A stretch of 64,000 nucleotides of DNA, taken from Acidimicrobiales bacterium (lineage in GTDB: Bacteria; Actinomycetota; Acidimicrobiia; Acidimicrobiales; AC-14). How positions within the stretch are numbered: the first letter of the stretch is position 1; the number at the start of each line of letters is the position of its first letter. This document shows, piece by piece, positions 27,860-35,399 of the stretch. Location: assembly GCA_036260295.1 (NCBI GenBank), contig DATAAD010000082.1, forward strand, positions 9,965-73,964. Reading direction: 5' to 3'. Both the position numbers and the translations under genes were made by a program. Under the pieces are notes generated by a model. It had not been told where the DNA came from. It saw only the letters and a list, made by a program, of their open reading frames with translations, and ran no database searches.

Positions 27860-29143
27860 TCAGGAGCCGCGCCGGGTGGCCGCGGCGAGCCGGCTGGCTA
27901 CGGGATGGACCCGTACGGGCAGCGATCGGACGCCTCGCACCGCACCCGACATCGGGCTGTGGGCCGCGGGCGGGTTCTCGTCGAGGAGCTCCGGCCAGAA
28001 CCGCTCGCGCATGTGGCCGAACACCATCTGGCCCTCCATCCGGGCGAGCGCGGCGCCGAGGCAGTAGTGGATGCCCCACCCGAAGGCAAGGGGCTTGTTG
28101 TCCGGGCGAGCCACGTCGAAGCGGTCGGGCTGCGGAAAGCGCTCCGCGTCGCGATTGGCAGCCCCCAGGAAGACGACGACCATGTCGCCGACCTGCAATC
28201 GCTCGCCGTCCACGTCGGCCGGCTCGAGCACCCTGCGCGTCACCCATTGGAACGGGGTGTCCCACCGCAGCATCTCCTCGACCGCCGAAGCGACGAGAGA
28301 GGCGTCCCCCCACAGGCGGGCCATCTCCTCGGGATGCCGGAAGAGGGCCAGCAGCCCGTTGCCGATGAGGTTCGTCGTGGTGACGAAGCCGGCCAGGAAG
28401 AGCACCAAGGCCATGGCCATGATGTCGCGCTCCGGCAGCCGATCACCGTCTTCGTCGACGGCGAGGAGGTCGGAGATCAGATCCTGCCGAGGGTGTCGGC
28501 GCCGATCGGCGATGACGTCCTGCAGGACGGACTCGAGCTCCTGCAAGGTGGCTTCGGCTCGGTCCAGATCCTCGTCGCCGGGGTCGACCCCGTAGACCAG
28601 GTCACCACCGTGGATGAACGGGCGCCGGAACCGGTCCTGCTCCTCGCGCGGTATCCCGACCAGGTCGCCGACCACCCCTACCGAGAGCGGCAGACCGAGA
28701 TCCACCATGAGGTCCGCATCCCCCATGCCGGCGATGCGGTCCAGGCAGCCGTCGACGATACCGATGACCGACGTCCGCAGTCCCGCCAGCCGCCCAGGTG
28801 TGAGCCCGGAGCCCAGGAGCCGGCGCATCCTGGTGTTCTCGGGTGGGTCGAGGTTGAGCTTTGTCAGGCCGACGCGCCGCTGGAACTCGAACCGCCTCTC
28901 CAACCGGCGCAGCTCCGCGTGGCTCAGGTCCCGCCGGGAGACCCGCTGCCCGCAGTGGCCCAAACGAGGGTCGAGGAGCAGTTGTCGGCACGTCCGATAT
29001 CCCACCGCGCACCAGATGCCGTCCTCGCCGCTGCGATGCAACGGCCCGTGCTCGAGAAGGGCGCGATACAGGGGGTACGGGTCGATCCGTCCGGCGTTGG
29101 TGAACCGGAGCTGATGGAGCGCGTCCTCAGCGGTAAGGGTCAT
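27860..29143 (-). CDS. cytochrome P450
   Basis: Heme loop FGWGIHYCLGAALARME, ExxR (EEMLRW) and I-helix LAGFVTTT. Confidence 0.9.
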   Translation of the reverse strand: MTLTAEDALHQLRFTNAGRIDPYPLYRALLEHGPLHRSGEDGIWCAVGYRTCRQLLLDPRLGHCGQRVSRRDLSHAELRRLERRFEFQRRVGLTKLNLDPPENTRMRRLLGSGLTPGRLAGLRTSVIGIVDGCLDRIAGMGDADLMVDLGLPLSVGVVGDLVGIPREEQDRFRRPFIHGGDLVYGVDPGDEDLDRAEATLQELESVLQDVIADRRRHPRQDLISDLLAVDEDGDRLPERDIMAMALVLFLAGFVTTTNLIGNGLLALFRHPEEMARLWGDASLVASAVEEMLRWDTPFQWVTRRVLEPADVDGERLQVGDMVVVFLGAANRDAERFPQPDRFDVARPDNKPLAFGWGIHYCLGAALARMEGQMVFGHMRERFWPELLDENPPAAHSPMSGAVRGVRSLPVRVHPVASRLAAATRRGS

Positions 29144-29189
29144 CGGAATCGCCTCTCCGCCGCCTGTCCGAACAGGTGCTCTTACTCTA

Positions 29190-29276
29190 CCAGAACCACC
29201 ACCGTCGCTGCAGTTCTGGAGCCACTTCTTTTCTTCCGACGACCTTGCATCGGGCCGGCATTAGAACTAGGTTCTA
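29190..29276. promoter_or_regulatory. two AGAAC/GTTCT inverted repeats in the AT-richer region upstream of the P450 gene and the small-protein/ABC genes
   Basis: CCAGAAC (29190-29196)-N16-GTTCTGG (29213-29219), and the perfect palindrome TAGAAC-TAG-GTTCTA (29262-29276). Confidence 0.35.
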
Positions 29277-29393
29277 GGGGAATCACCTTTCGTCAGGCAC
29301 AGTGGGCGATGCAGGCTGGCATCACACTCGGTGCATGATGCGTAGTCACATCCCTAGCGGCGAATGGGTCGCCCTGGTACGGAGGTGTTCAGC

Positions 29394-29669
29394 ATGGCCG
29401 AAGGTTCGGACCCGGTCCGGAATATCGTGGCTCTTGGAAGTGAGGCGCTTGTCCCGGGCGGCAGCCACTGGGTCAAGGGCGACATACCGTCGGGGCTCCT
29501 GCACACCGTTGCGGGATTGCTGGCGACCGCGGTCTGGGGCCTCCCGGGCCGAGCGCTCGTCTCAGCCAGCTCGTACAGCAAGGCGACGACGGGGAAGCGG
29601 CTGTTCGAGCACGTGCTCGGCCAGATCGGGAACAACTCCGGCACCACCCCGCCTCCTCCTGCCGGGTAA
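29394..29669 (+). CDS. small membrane protein, function unknown
   Basis: ATG at 29394, 8 nt after GGAGG (29381-29385). One clear hydrophobic segment (LLHTVAGLLATAVWGL). Confidence 0.35.
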   Translation: MAEGSDPVRNIVALGSEALVPGGSHWVKGDIPSGLLHTVAGLLATAVWGLPGRALVSASSYSKATTGKRLFEHVLGQIGNNSGTTPPPPAG

Positions 29670-29681
29670 GGGCAACCGCAA

Positions 29682-30023
29682 GTGCTTCCGAGCAAGTTCA
29701 AGCTCTATCTCGTCGGCGTGTGCTCCGGTGCCGTCCTGGTTGCCAACTACCGGCCGATCACCAAGGAGACCATCAAGGTCGGCGTTCGCAGCCTGACCAC
29801 GTTGCGGCGGATGGCCGCGCAGGGGGCCGAGAGCCTGTCCGACCTGACGGCCGAGGCTCTGTGGGAGATGGACGACAACGGCAGCAACGTCAACGCCCGG
29901 CCGGCGGGTGCGGCGTCACCCGCCGGCGGGAACGGTTCCGACGGGCGCCCGTCGAACGGGGCGGTCGTGAACGGGAACGGCGAAGCACCGAAGGAACAGG
30001 TGACGATTCGCTCCGAGGCATAG
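29682..30023 (+). CDS. small membrane protein, DUF5132-like architecture
   Basis: N-terminal TM (LYLVGVCSGAVLVA), then an amphipathic KxxIKVGV...AEAL region and a Gly/Asn-rich tail. Confidence 0.45.
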   Translation: MLPSKFKLYLVGVCSGAVLVANYRPITKETIKVGVRSLTTLRRMAAQGAESLSDLTAEALWEMDDNGSNVNARPAGAASPAGGNGSDGRPSNGAVVNGNGEAPKEQVTIRSEA

Positions 30024-30060
30024 CCGTTCGTCCCCGGCGGGGCGGTCCGAGCACAGCACA

Positions 30061-32070
30061 GTGACCGGGCCCGTCGCTCCGCGGTCGAGCATCCCGGGTC
30101 GAATCCGACTCGAAATACCTGGCCTCCGTTCGAAGGCAGCGTTGGCTCACGCGCTCGAGGACGCGGTGCGGGGCGTGCCTCATGTCAGGAGCGCGAAGGC
30201 GAACCCGGTGTCGGGCACGCTCCTCGTCACCTTTGACGACGATGCCGACCTCACCGCCCTGCTCGCCGGCATCCGGTCGCAGCTGGAAGCGCTCGAACGT
30301 TCCGAAGAGTGGGGTCTGAGGCGGTACCGTCCACCGCTGTCGCGCGTTCTCGGGCTGGGGGTTTCGGGACTGAAGGAGGCGGGCCCCTCGCTCCTCTTGA
30401 CCGCCGGGGCCCATTCGCTGAACATGCTCCAGGGCTTCTCCTTCATCGTGAGCGTCAATGTGGCCGGCGGGGACACCCTGGTATTCCTCCGCAAGCTGGG
30501 CGTCGAGAGCGTCGAGTCGCAGCTCAAGGCCGTCACCGCGGCCAGCATCGCTCTGACCTTCGGGGAGGTGTGGGCGCAGCATGCGAGGAACAAGTCGTGG
30601 CGCCGACTGGCCCGTACGACCGAGCACCGCCTTCGCACCACGATGTTCACCCACATCGAAGGTCAGGATCTCGCCTTCTTCGACCAGTACGGCACGGGAC
30701 AGCTCCTCAACCTGCTCACCGGTCAGGTCGACAACATCGGTGCGCTGGTCGAAAAGGCCGACGGCCTGTTCGAGTCGTGTATCACGGTGATCGTGGCCGG
30801 CACCACGCTGCTCAAAGCATCACCGGGATTGGCCCTTATCGCCGCCAGTGCCCTCCCATTGGTTGCCCTCCCGGCACGTGTATTAGGGCGTAGAGCAGAG
30901 GTTCTTTTCTCGAAAAGGGTGGAGCCTACGGCCACCCTGAACCAGGCATTGGAGAACATCCTCGGCGGCATGGTGGAGGTGAAGAGCTTCACCGCCGAGG
31001 ACCAGGAGACCGAGCGGGTCACGCGGCTGAGCGAGCAGGTCGTCGATGCGTCGGTCGACGCCTCGTCGGCCGCGTTGTTGCAGTCGACGGTGGTGCAGAA
31101 CCTGCTGTACCTGAGCGCGGCGCTGGCCATCGGGCACGGCGCCGGCCGCGTGGTCGCCGGCAGGATGCCCCACGCCCAGCTCATCCGGGCCGTGTACTGG
31201 ATCCCCCTGATGATGAGGGCGTTCGGCTTCACCGTCCACTCGTCCAACACGTACTACGGGGCCACGGCGGCCGCCCAGCGGCTCAGCAAGGTCCTCGATT
31301 CCACCCCCCGTATCCGCAGCGGCCCGGTCCGGCTCGAGCCCGGCGCCGTACGGGGGGAGATCGAGTTCCAGAACGTGACTTTCGCATATGACCCCGCCCG
31401 CCCCGTCCTGCGTGACGTCTCCTTTCGAGTTCCGGCGGGCACGAGCCTGGGCATCGTCGGGCCCAACGGGTCGGGCAAGAGCACGATGCTCCGCCTCCTC
31501 CTTCGCTTCTACGAGCCGGACGCGGGCCGGATACTCCTCGACGGCCACGACCTGCGAGACCTCGATCTCCGCGACCTGCGGACCGCGGTGGCCCTCGTGA
31601 ACCAGGACATCTACCTCTTCGAGGGGACCATCGGGCACAACGTGCGCTACGGGCGGCCCCGCGCCACGGACGAGGAGGTCGCACGAGCCCTCCAAGCGGA
31701 CGGCGTCGACCTCGCCGGCCTTGGGGCAGCCGACCTCGATGTGCGGGTGGGCGAGCGTGGGCAACGCCTCTCCGGCGGCCAGCGCCAGAGGGTGGCCCTC
31801 GCCCGGGCCCTGGTGAAGGACGCCCCCGTCCTGGTCCTCGACGAGGCGACCTCCCAGCTCGACGCCCAGACCGAGGCGGCCATGAGAGAACGGTTGCGAA
31901 GGGCGACCTCGGGCCGGACCTTGCTGCTCGTCGCCCACCGGCTCGGGACCATCCGCGACGCTGGCAAGATCGTCGTGCTCGACGGGGGCACGATCGTCGA
32001 GGAAGGTACGCACGCCAGCCTGGTCGAGCGAGGAGGTCTGTATTCCCACCTCTGGGGGTTGCAGGTGTGA
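30061..32070 (+). CDS. ABC exporter (fused TMD-NBD) with N-terminal HMA-like (ferredoxin-fold, no CxxC) domain
   Basis: N-terminal PGRIRLEIPGLRSKAALAHALEDAVRGVPHVRSAKANPVSGTLLVTFDDD. Walker A GPNGSGKST, signature LSGGQRQRVALARAL, Walker B VLVLDEATSQLD. Confidence 0.85.
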   Translation: MTGPVAPRSSIPGRIRLEIPGLRSKAALAHALEDAVRGVPHVRSAKANPVSGTLLVTFDDDADLTALLAGIRSQLEALERSEEWGLRRYRPPLSRVLGLGVSGLKEAGPSLLLTAGAHSLNMLQGFSFIVSVNVAGGDTLVFLRKLGVESVESQLKAVTAASIALTFGEVWAQHARNKSWRRLARTTEHRLRTTMFTHIEGQDLAFFDQYGTGQLLNLLTGQVDNIGALVEKADGLFESCITVIVAGTTLLKASPGLALIAASALPLVALPARVLGRRAEVLFSKRVEPTATLNQALENILGGMVEVKSFTAEDQETERVTRLSEQVVDASVDASSAALLQSTVVQNLLYLSAALAIGHGAGRVVAGRMPHAQLIRAVYWIPLMMRAFGFTVHSSNTYYGATAAAQRLSKVLDSTPRIRSGPVRLEPGAVRGEIEFQNVTFAYDPARPVLRDVSFRVPAGTSLGIVGPNGSGKSTMLRLLLRFYEPDAGRILLDGHDLRDLDLRDLRTAVALVNQDIYLFEGTIGHNVRYGRPRATDEEVARALQADGVDLAGLGAADLDVRVGERGQRLSGGQRQRVALARALVKDAPVLVLDEATSQLDAQTEAAMRERLRRATSGRTLLLVAHRLGTIRDAGKIVVLDGGTIVEEGTHASLVERGGLYSHLWGLQV

Positions 32071-32119
32071 GGGTCGTCATCCGCGCCGACGGCCGCCCAG
32101 ACAGCTACGGTCCCGGGAC

Positions 32120-32680
32120 GTGTTCGGCGAGCTGGACGGGCAGCACTTCACCACGGTCCTGGCCGACCCACCGTGGCGGTTCCTGAACCGAACGGGCAAG
32201 GTGGCGCCCGAGCACCGGCGCCTGTCCCGGTACGACACCATGGACGCCAAGGAGATCGCCGCCCTCCCGGTCGCCGACCTCATGGCGTCCCGGAGCCACT
32301 GCTACCTGTGGGTCCCGAACGCGCTCATGGCCGACGGGCTCGCCGTGCTGGAGGAGTGGGGGTTCACGTACAAGTCGGTGCTCGTGTGGCACAAGGTCCG
32401 CAAGGACGGCGGGTCCGACGGTCGGGGCGTCGGCTTCTACTTCCGCAACGTGACCGAGATGGTGCTCTTCGGCGTGCGGGGCGGCATGCGGACGCTCGAC
32501 CCGGGGCGCCGGCAGGTGAACCTGTTCGCCAGCCGAAAGCGGGAGCACTCCCGCAAGCCGGACGAGCTCTACGACATCGTCGAGGCCTGCTCGCCCGGCC
32601 CCTACCTCGAGCTGTTCGCCCGCCATCCCCGGGAGGGGTGGGCGCGGTGGGGAGCGGAGGCCGCGCCCGCCTACGGTTGA
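32120..32680 (+). CDS. MT-A70-family N6-adenine methyltransferase (orphan)
   Basis: Catalytic DPPW motif (VLADPPWRF) and later HSRKPDELY, both typical of MT-A70. No restriction endonuclease gene nearby. Confidence 0.8.
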   Translation: MFGELDGQHFTTVLADPPWRFLNRTGKVAPEHRRLSRYDTMDAKEIAALPVADLMASRSHCYLWVPNALMADGLAVLEEWGFTYKSVLVWHKVRKDGGSDGRGVGFYFRNVTEMVLFGVRGGMRTLDPGRRQVNLFASRKREHSRKPDELYDIVEACSPGPYLELFARHPREGWARWGAEAAPAYG

Positions 32681-32686
32681 CGGCCT

Positions 32687-33442
32687 GTGTGGGCCGACAG
32701 CCACTGCCACCTCCAGTACGAGGGGATCACCGACGACGCACTGGCCACGGCCGCCGCCGCCGGCGTAGGGCGCGTCATCTGCGTCGGCACCGACGCGCCC
32801 CAGTCGGCGCGGGCGATCGAGGTGGCCCGGGCCCACCCGGACGCGGTGTGGGCGACGGTCGGCCTGCACCCCCACGACGCCAAGGACGGCGTGGAGGGCA
32901 TCCTCGGTCTCCTCGAAGCCCCGGAGGTCGTGGGCGTCGGCGAGTGCGGCCTCGACTACTACTACGACCACTCGCCCCGCGAGGTCCAGCGGGAGGCGTT
33001 CGCGGCCCAGATCGCCCTGGCCCACCAGCGGGACCTCGCCCTCGTCATCCACACCCGCGACGCGTGGGACGACACGTTCGCCATCCTGCGAGCCGAGGGC
33101 GTACCCCGCCGGACGGTCGTCCACTGCTTCACCGGTGGGCCGGCCGAGGCGCGACTGGCCCTCGACCTCGGCGCCAGCCTGTCGTTCAGCGGGATCATGA
33201 CGTTCAAGAACGCCGGGGACGTACGGGATGCGGCGGCGCTGGCCCCGCTCGACCGGGTCCTCGTCGAGACGGACGCCCCGTACCTGGCGCCTGCCCCCCA
33301 CCGCGGGAAGCCCAACCAGCCGGCCAACGTGACCCTCGTGGGGGCGGCGCTGGCGCAGGTCAAGGGGGTGCCGGTGGAGGACGTGGAGCGGGTGACGTGG
33401 GCCAACACGGCCGCCCTGTTCGGGCTGGCCGACGGCGGATGA
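32687..33442 (+). CDS. tatD: TatD-family metal-dependent hydrolase/DNase
   Basis: WADSHCHL, GECGLDYYY, VIHTRDA, VVHCFTG and ETDAPYLAP motifs. Confidence 0.85.
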   Translation: MWADSHCHLQYEGITDDALATAAAAGVGRVICVGTDAPQSARAIEVARAHPDAVWATVGLHPHDAKDGVEGILGLLEAPEVVGVGECGLDYYYDHSPREVQREAFAAQIALAHQRDLALVIHTRDAWDDTFAILRAEGVPRRTVVHCFTGGPAEARLALDLGASLSFSGIMTFKNAGDVRDAAALAPLDRVLVETDAPYLAPAPHRGKPNQPANVTLVGAALAQVKGVPVEDVERVTWANTAALFGLADGG

Positions 33443-33774
33443 GCTTGCTTCCCGGGGAGGCCCCTTCCTGGGTCCGGGCTGTCCGAGCCGGCGGAGGAGG
33501 AAGCGGGAGCCCCGGCCGTCTCGCCTCCCACGACCACGCCGCTGACCCCACTCGCACGCTGGTGGAGGAGAAGGTGGTCCCGCGGGCGGCGGAGGTCAGC
33601 CGCGCCTTGACGAGGTCGGTCACCCGGGTGTCGCGCGGCGCCACCGCGAGCTGCAAGGTCGACGACCCGGGGTCGACGGTGGCGACCGGGCGGCTGATCG
33701 ACCTGTCCCTGGACAACTTGGAGAAGCTGGCCCACCCCGACACCGGCCTGGTCGACGCCACCATCGACTGGTAG
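33439..33774 (+). CDS. hypothetical protein (weak call)
   Basis: ATG overlaps the tatD stop (ATGA). Third-position G/C bias is consistent with coding. No recognisable domain. Confidence 0.3.
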   Translation: MSLLPGEAPSWVRAVRAGGGGSGSPGRLASHDHAADPTRTLVEEKVVPRAAEVSRALTRSVTRVSRGATASCKVDDPGSTVATGRLIDLSLDNLEKLAHPDTGLVDATIDW

Positions 33775-33796
33775 GGCGCGGGCCTAGCCTGCGGCG

Positions 33797-34630
33797 GTGA
33801 CGCTCAGCGGCGCCGACGTCCGCCGTCTCCTCGACCGGCACGGGCTGGCGCCGAGCCGGGCCCGTGGGCAGAACTTCGTGGTCGACCCCAACACCGTCCG
33901 CCGCATCGCTCGCCTGGCCGAGGTGGGCCCCGGTGACCGCGTGGTCGAGATCGGGGCCGGTCTCGGGTCGCTGACCCTGGCCCTGGCCGAGACGGGGGCG
34001 TCGGTCACGGCCATCGAGGTGGACTCGCGGCTCGTGCCTGTGCTGCGGACGGTCGTCGAACCGGTAGGGGTGGCCGTGGTCGAGGGCGATGCCCTGCGCC
34101 TCGACTGGGCCTCGTTGCTCGGCGAGGAGTCCTGGGTGCTCGTCGCCAACCTGCCCTACAACGTGGCCACGCCGCTGGTCGCCGACCTGCTGGACGAGGT
34201 GCCGGCCATCGGCCGGATGCTGGTGATGGTCCAACGGGAGGTCGCCGAGCGGCTGGCCGCCGGCCGGGGCGAGGAGGCCTACGGGGCGGTCTCGGTGAAG
34301 GTCGCCTACTGGGCCACGGCCAAGGTGGTCGGTCGGGTCCCGCCCACCGTCTTCCACCCGGTGCCCAAGGTGGAGTCCGCCCTGGTACGCATCGAGCGCC
34401 GCGCCGCACCCGCGGTCGGGCCCGAGGTCGACCGGGAGTGGCTGTTCAGGCTCGTCTCCGCCGGGTTCGGGCAGCGCCGCAAGATGCTCCGCCGTTCGCT
34501 GGCCGCGCTGGTGACGCCGGAGGCGTTCGCAGCCGCCGAGGTGCGCCCGGAGGCCCGGGCCGAGGAGCTGTCGGTCGTCGACTGGGGGAGACTGGCCGCG
34601 TGCACGTCGAGCGGGCGCCCGCCAAGCTGA
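33797..34630 (+). CDS. rsmA: 16S rRNA (adenine1518/1519-N6)-dimethyltransferase RsmA/KsgA
   Basis: GQNFVVDPN, SAM-binding VVEIGAGLGSLT and NLPYNVATP. Confidence 0.9.
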   Translation: MTLSGADVRRLLDRHGLAPSRARGQNFVVDPNTVRRIARLAEVGPGDRVVEIGAGLGSLTLALAETGASVTAIEVDSRLVPVLRTVVEPVGVAVVEGDALRLDWASLLGEESWVLVANLPYNVATPLVADLLDEVPAIGRMLVMVQREVAERLAAGRGEEAYGAVSVKVAYWATAKVVGRVPPTVFHPVPKVESALVRIERRAAPAVGPEVDREWLFRLVSAGFGQRRKMLRRSLAALVTPEAFAAAEVRPEARAEELSVVDWGRLAACTSSGRPPS

Positions 34631-35310
34631 CCGTCTCCCTGCGGGTGGCCGGCGTGCGGGACGACGGCCACCACCTCCTCGACGCCGAGATGGTGACGCT
34701 CGACTACGGCGACGTCCTGGAGATCGGCGAGGGCGACGGGCTGGAGGTGGTCGGTCCGTGGGCCTCGGGTGTCCCTGTCGGGGAGGAGAACCTGGTCCGC
34801 CGGGCGCTGGCGGCGACAGGGCGCCGGGCCTTCGTGCGGCTGGACAAGCAGGTGCCGGCGGGCGCCGGGCTGGGAGGGGGGTCGGCCGACGCCGCCGCCG
34901 TGTTGCGCTGGGCGGGCTGCCGCGACGTGGGCGTAGCCGCCCGGCTGGGGGCCGACGTCGCCTTCTGCGTGGTCGGCGGACGGGCCCGGGTGCGGGGTGT
35001 GGGCGAGGTGGTCGAGCCCCTTCCGTTCGTCGACCGGACGTTCACCTTCCTCGTGCCCCCGCTGGCGGTAGACACCGGCCGCGTCTATCGGATGTGGGAC
35101 GAGTTGGGCGGCCCGGCGGCGCCGGAGGGGTCGGTCAACGACCTCGAGGTCGCCGCCCTCGCCGTCGCGCCCGAGCTGGCCGGGTGGCGGGACCGGCTGG
35201 CCCGGGCCACCGGGGAGCGGCCGCAGCTGGCCGGCAGCGGTGGGAGCTGGTTCGTGGAGGGCGACTTCCCCGGGGAGGACAGGATCGTCGCCCGTACCGT
35301 CTCGCGCTGA
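34600..35310 (+). CDS. ispE: 4-(cytidine 5'-diphospho)-2-C-methyl-D-erythritol kinase
   Basis: APAKLTVSLRV start and GHMP-kinase motif KQVPAGAGLGGGSADAAAV. GTG at 34600 overlaps the rsmA 3' end. Confidence 0.8.
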   Translation: MHVERAPAKLTVSLRVAGVRDDGHHLLDAEMVTLDYGDVLEIGEGDGLEVVGPWASGVPVGEENLVRRALAATGRRAFVRLDKQVPAGAGLGGGSADAAAVLRWAGCRDVGVAARLGADVAFCVVGGRARVRGVGEVVEPLPFVDRTFTFLVPPLAVDTGRVYRMWDELGGPAAPEGSVNDLEVAALAVAPELAGWRDRLARATGERPQLAGSGGSWFVEGDFPGEDRIVARTVSR

Positions 35311-35399
35311 CCGGGACCGGCGCGGCGCACCGCCGCGGCGCCACCTCGCCTCGGCTCCCGGGAGGTGCAAGACTCGGCGGTTCGGCGACGGAGGATCAC

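Noticed and set aside
29262-29276. TAGAAC-TAG-GTTCTA as a LexA/SOS (Cheo-type GAAC-N4-GTTC) box.
   Set aside because: The spacer is 3 nt, not 4, and there is no DNA-repair gene context. It is kept only as a generic operator candidate.
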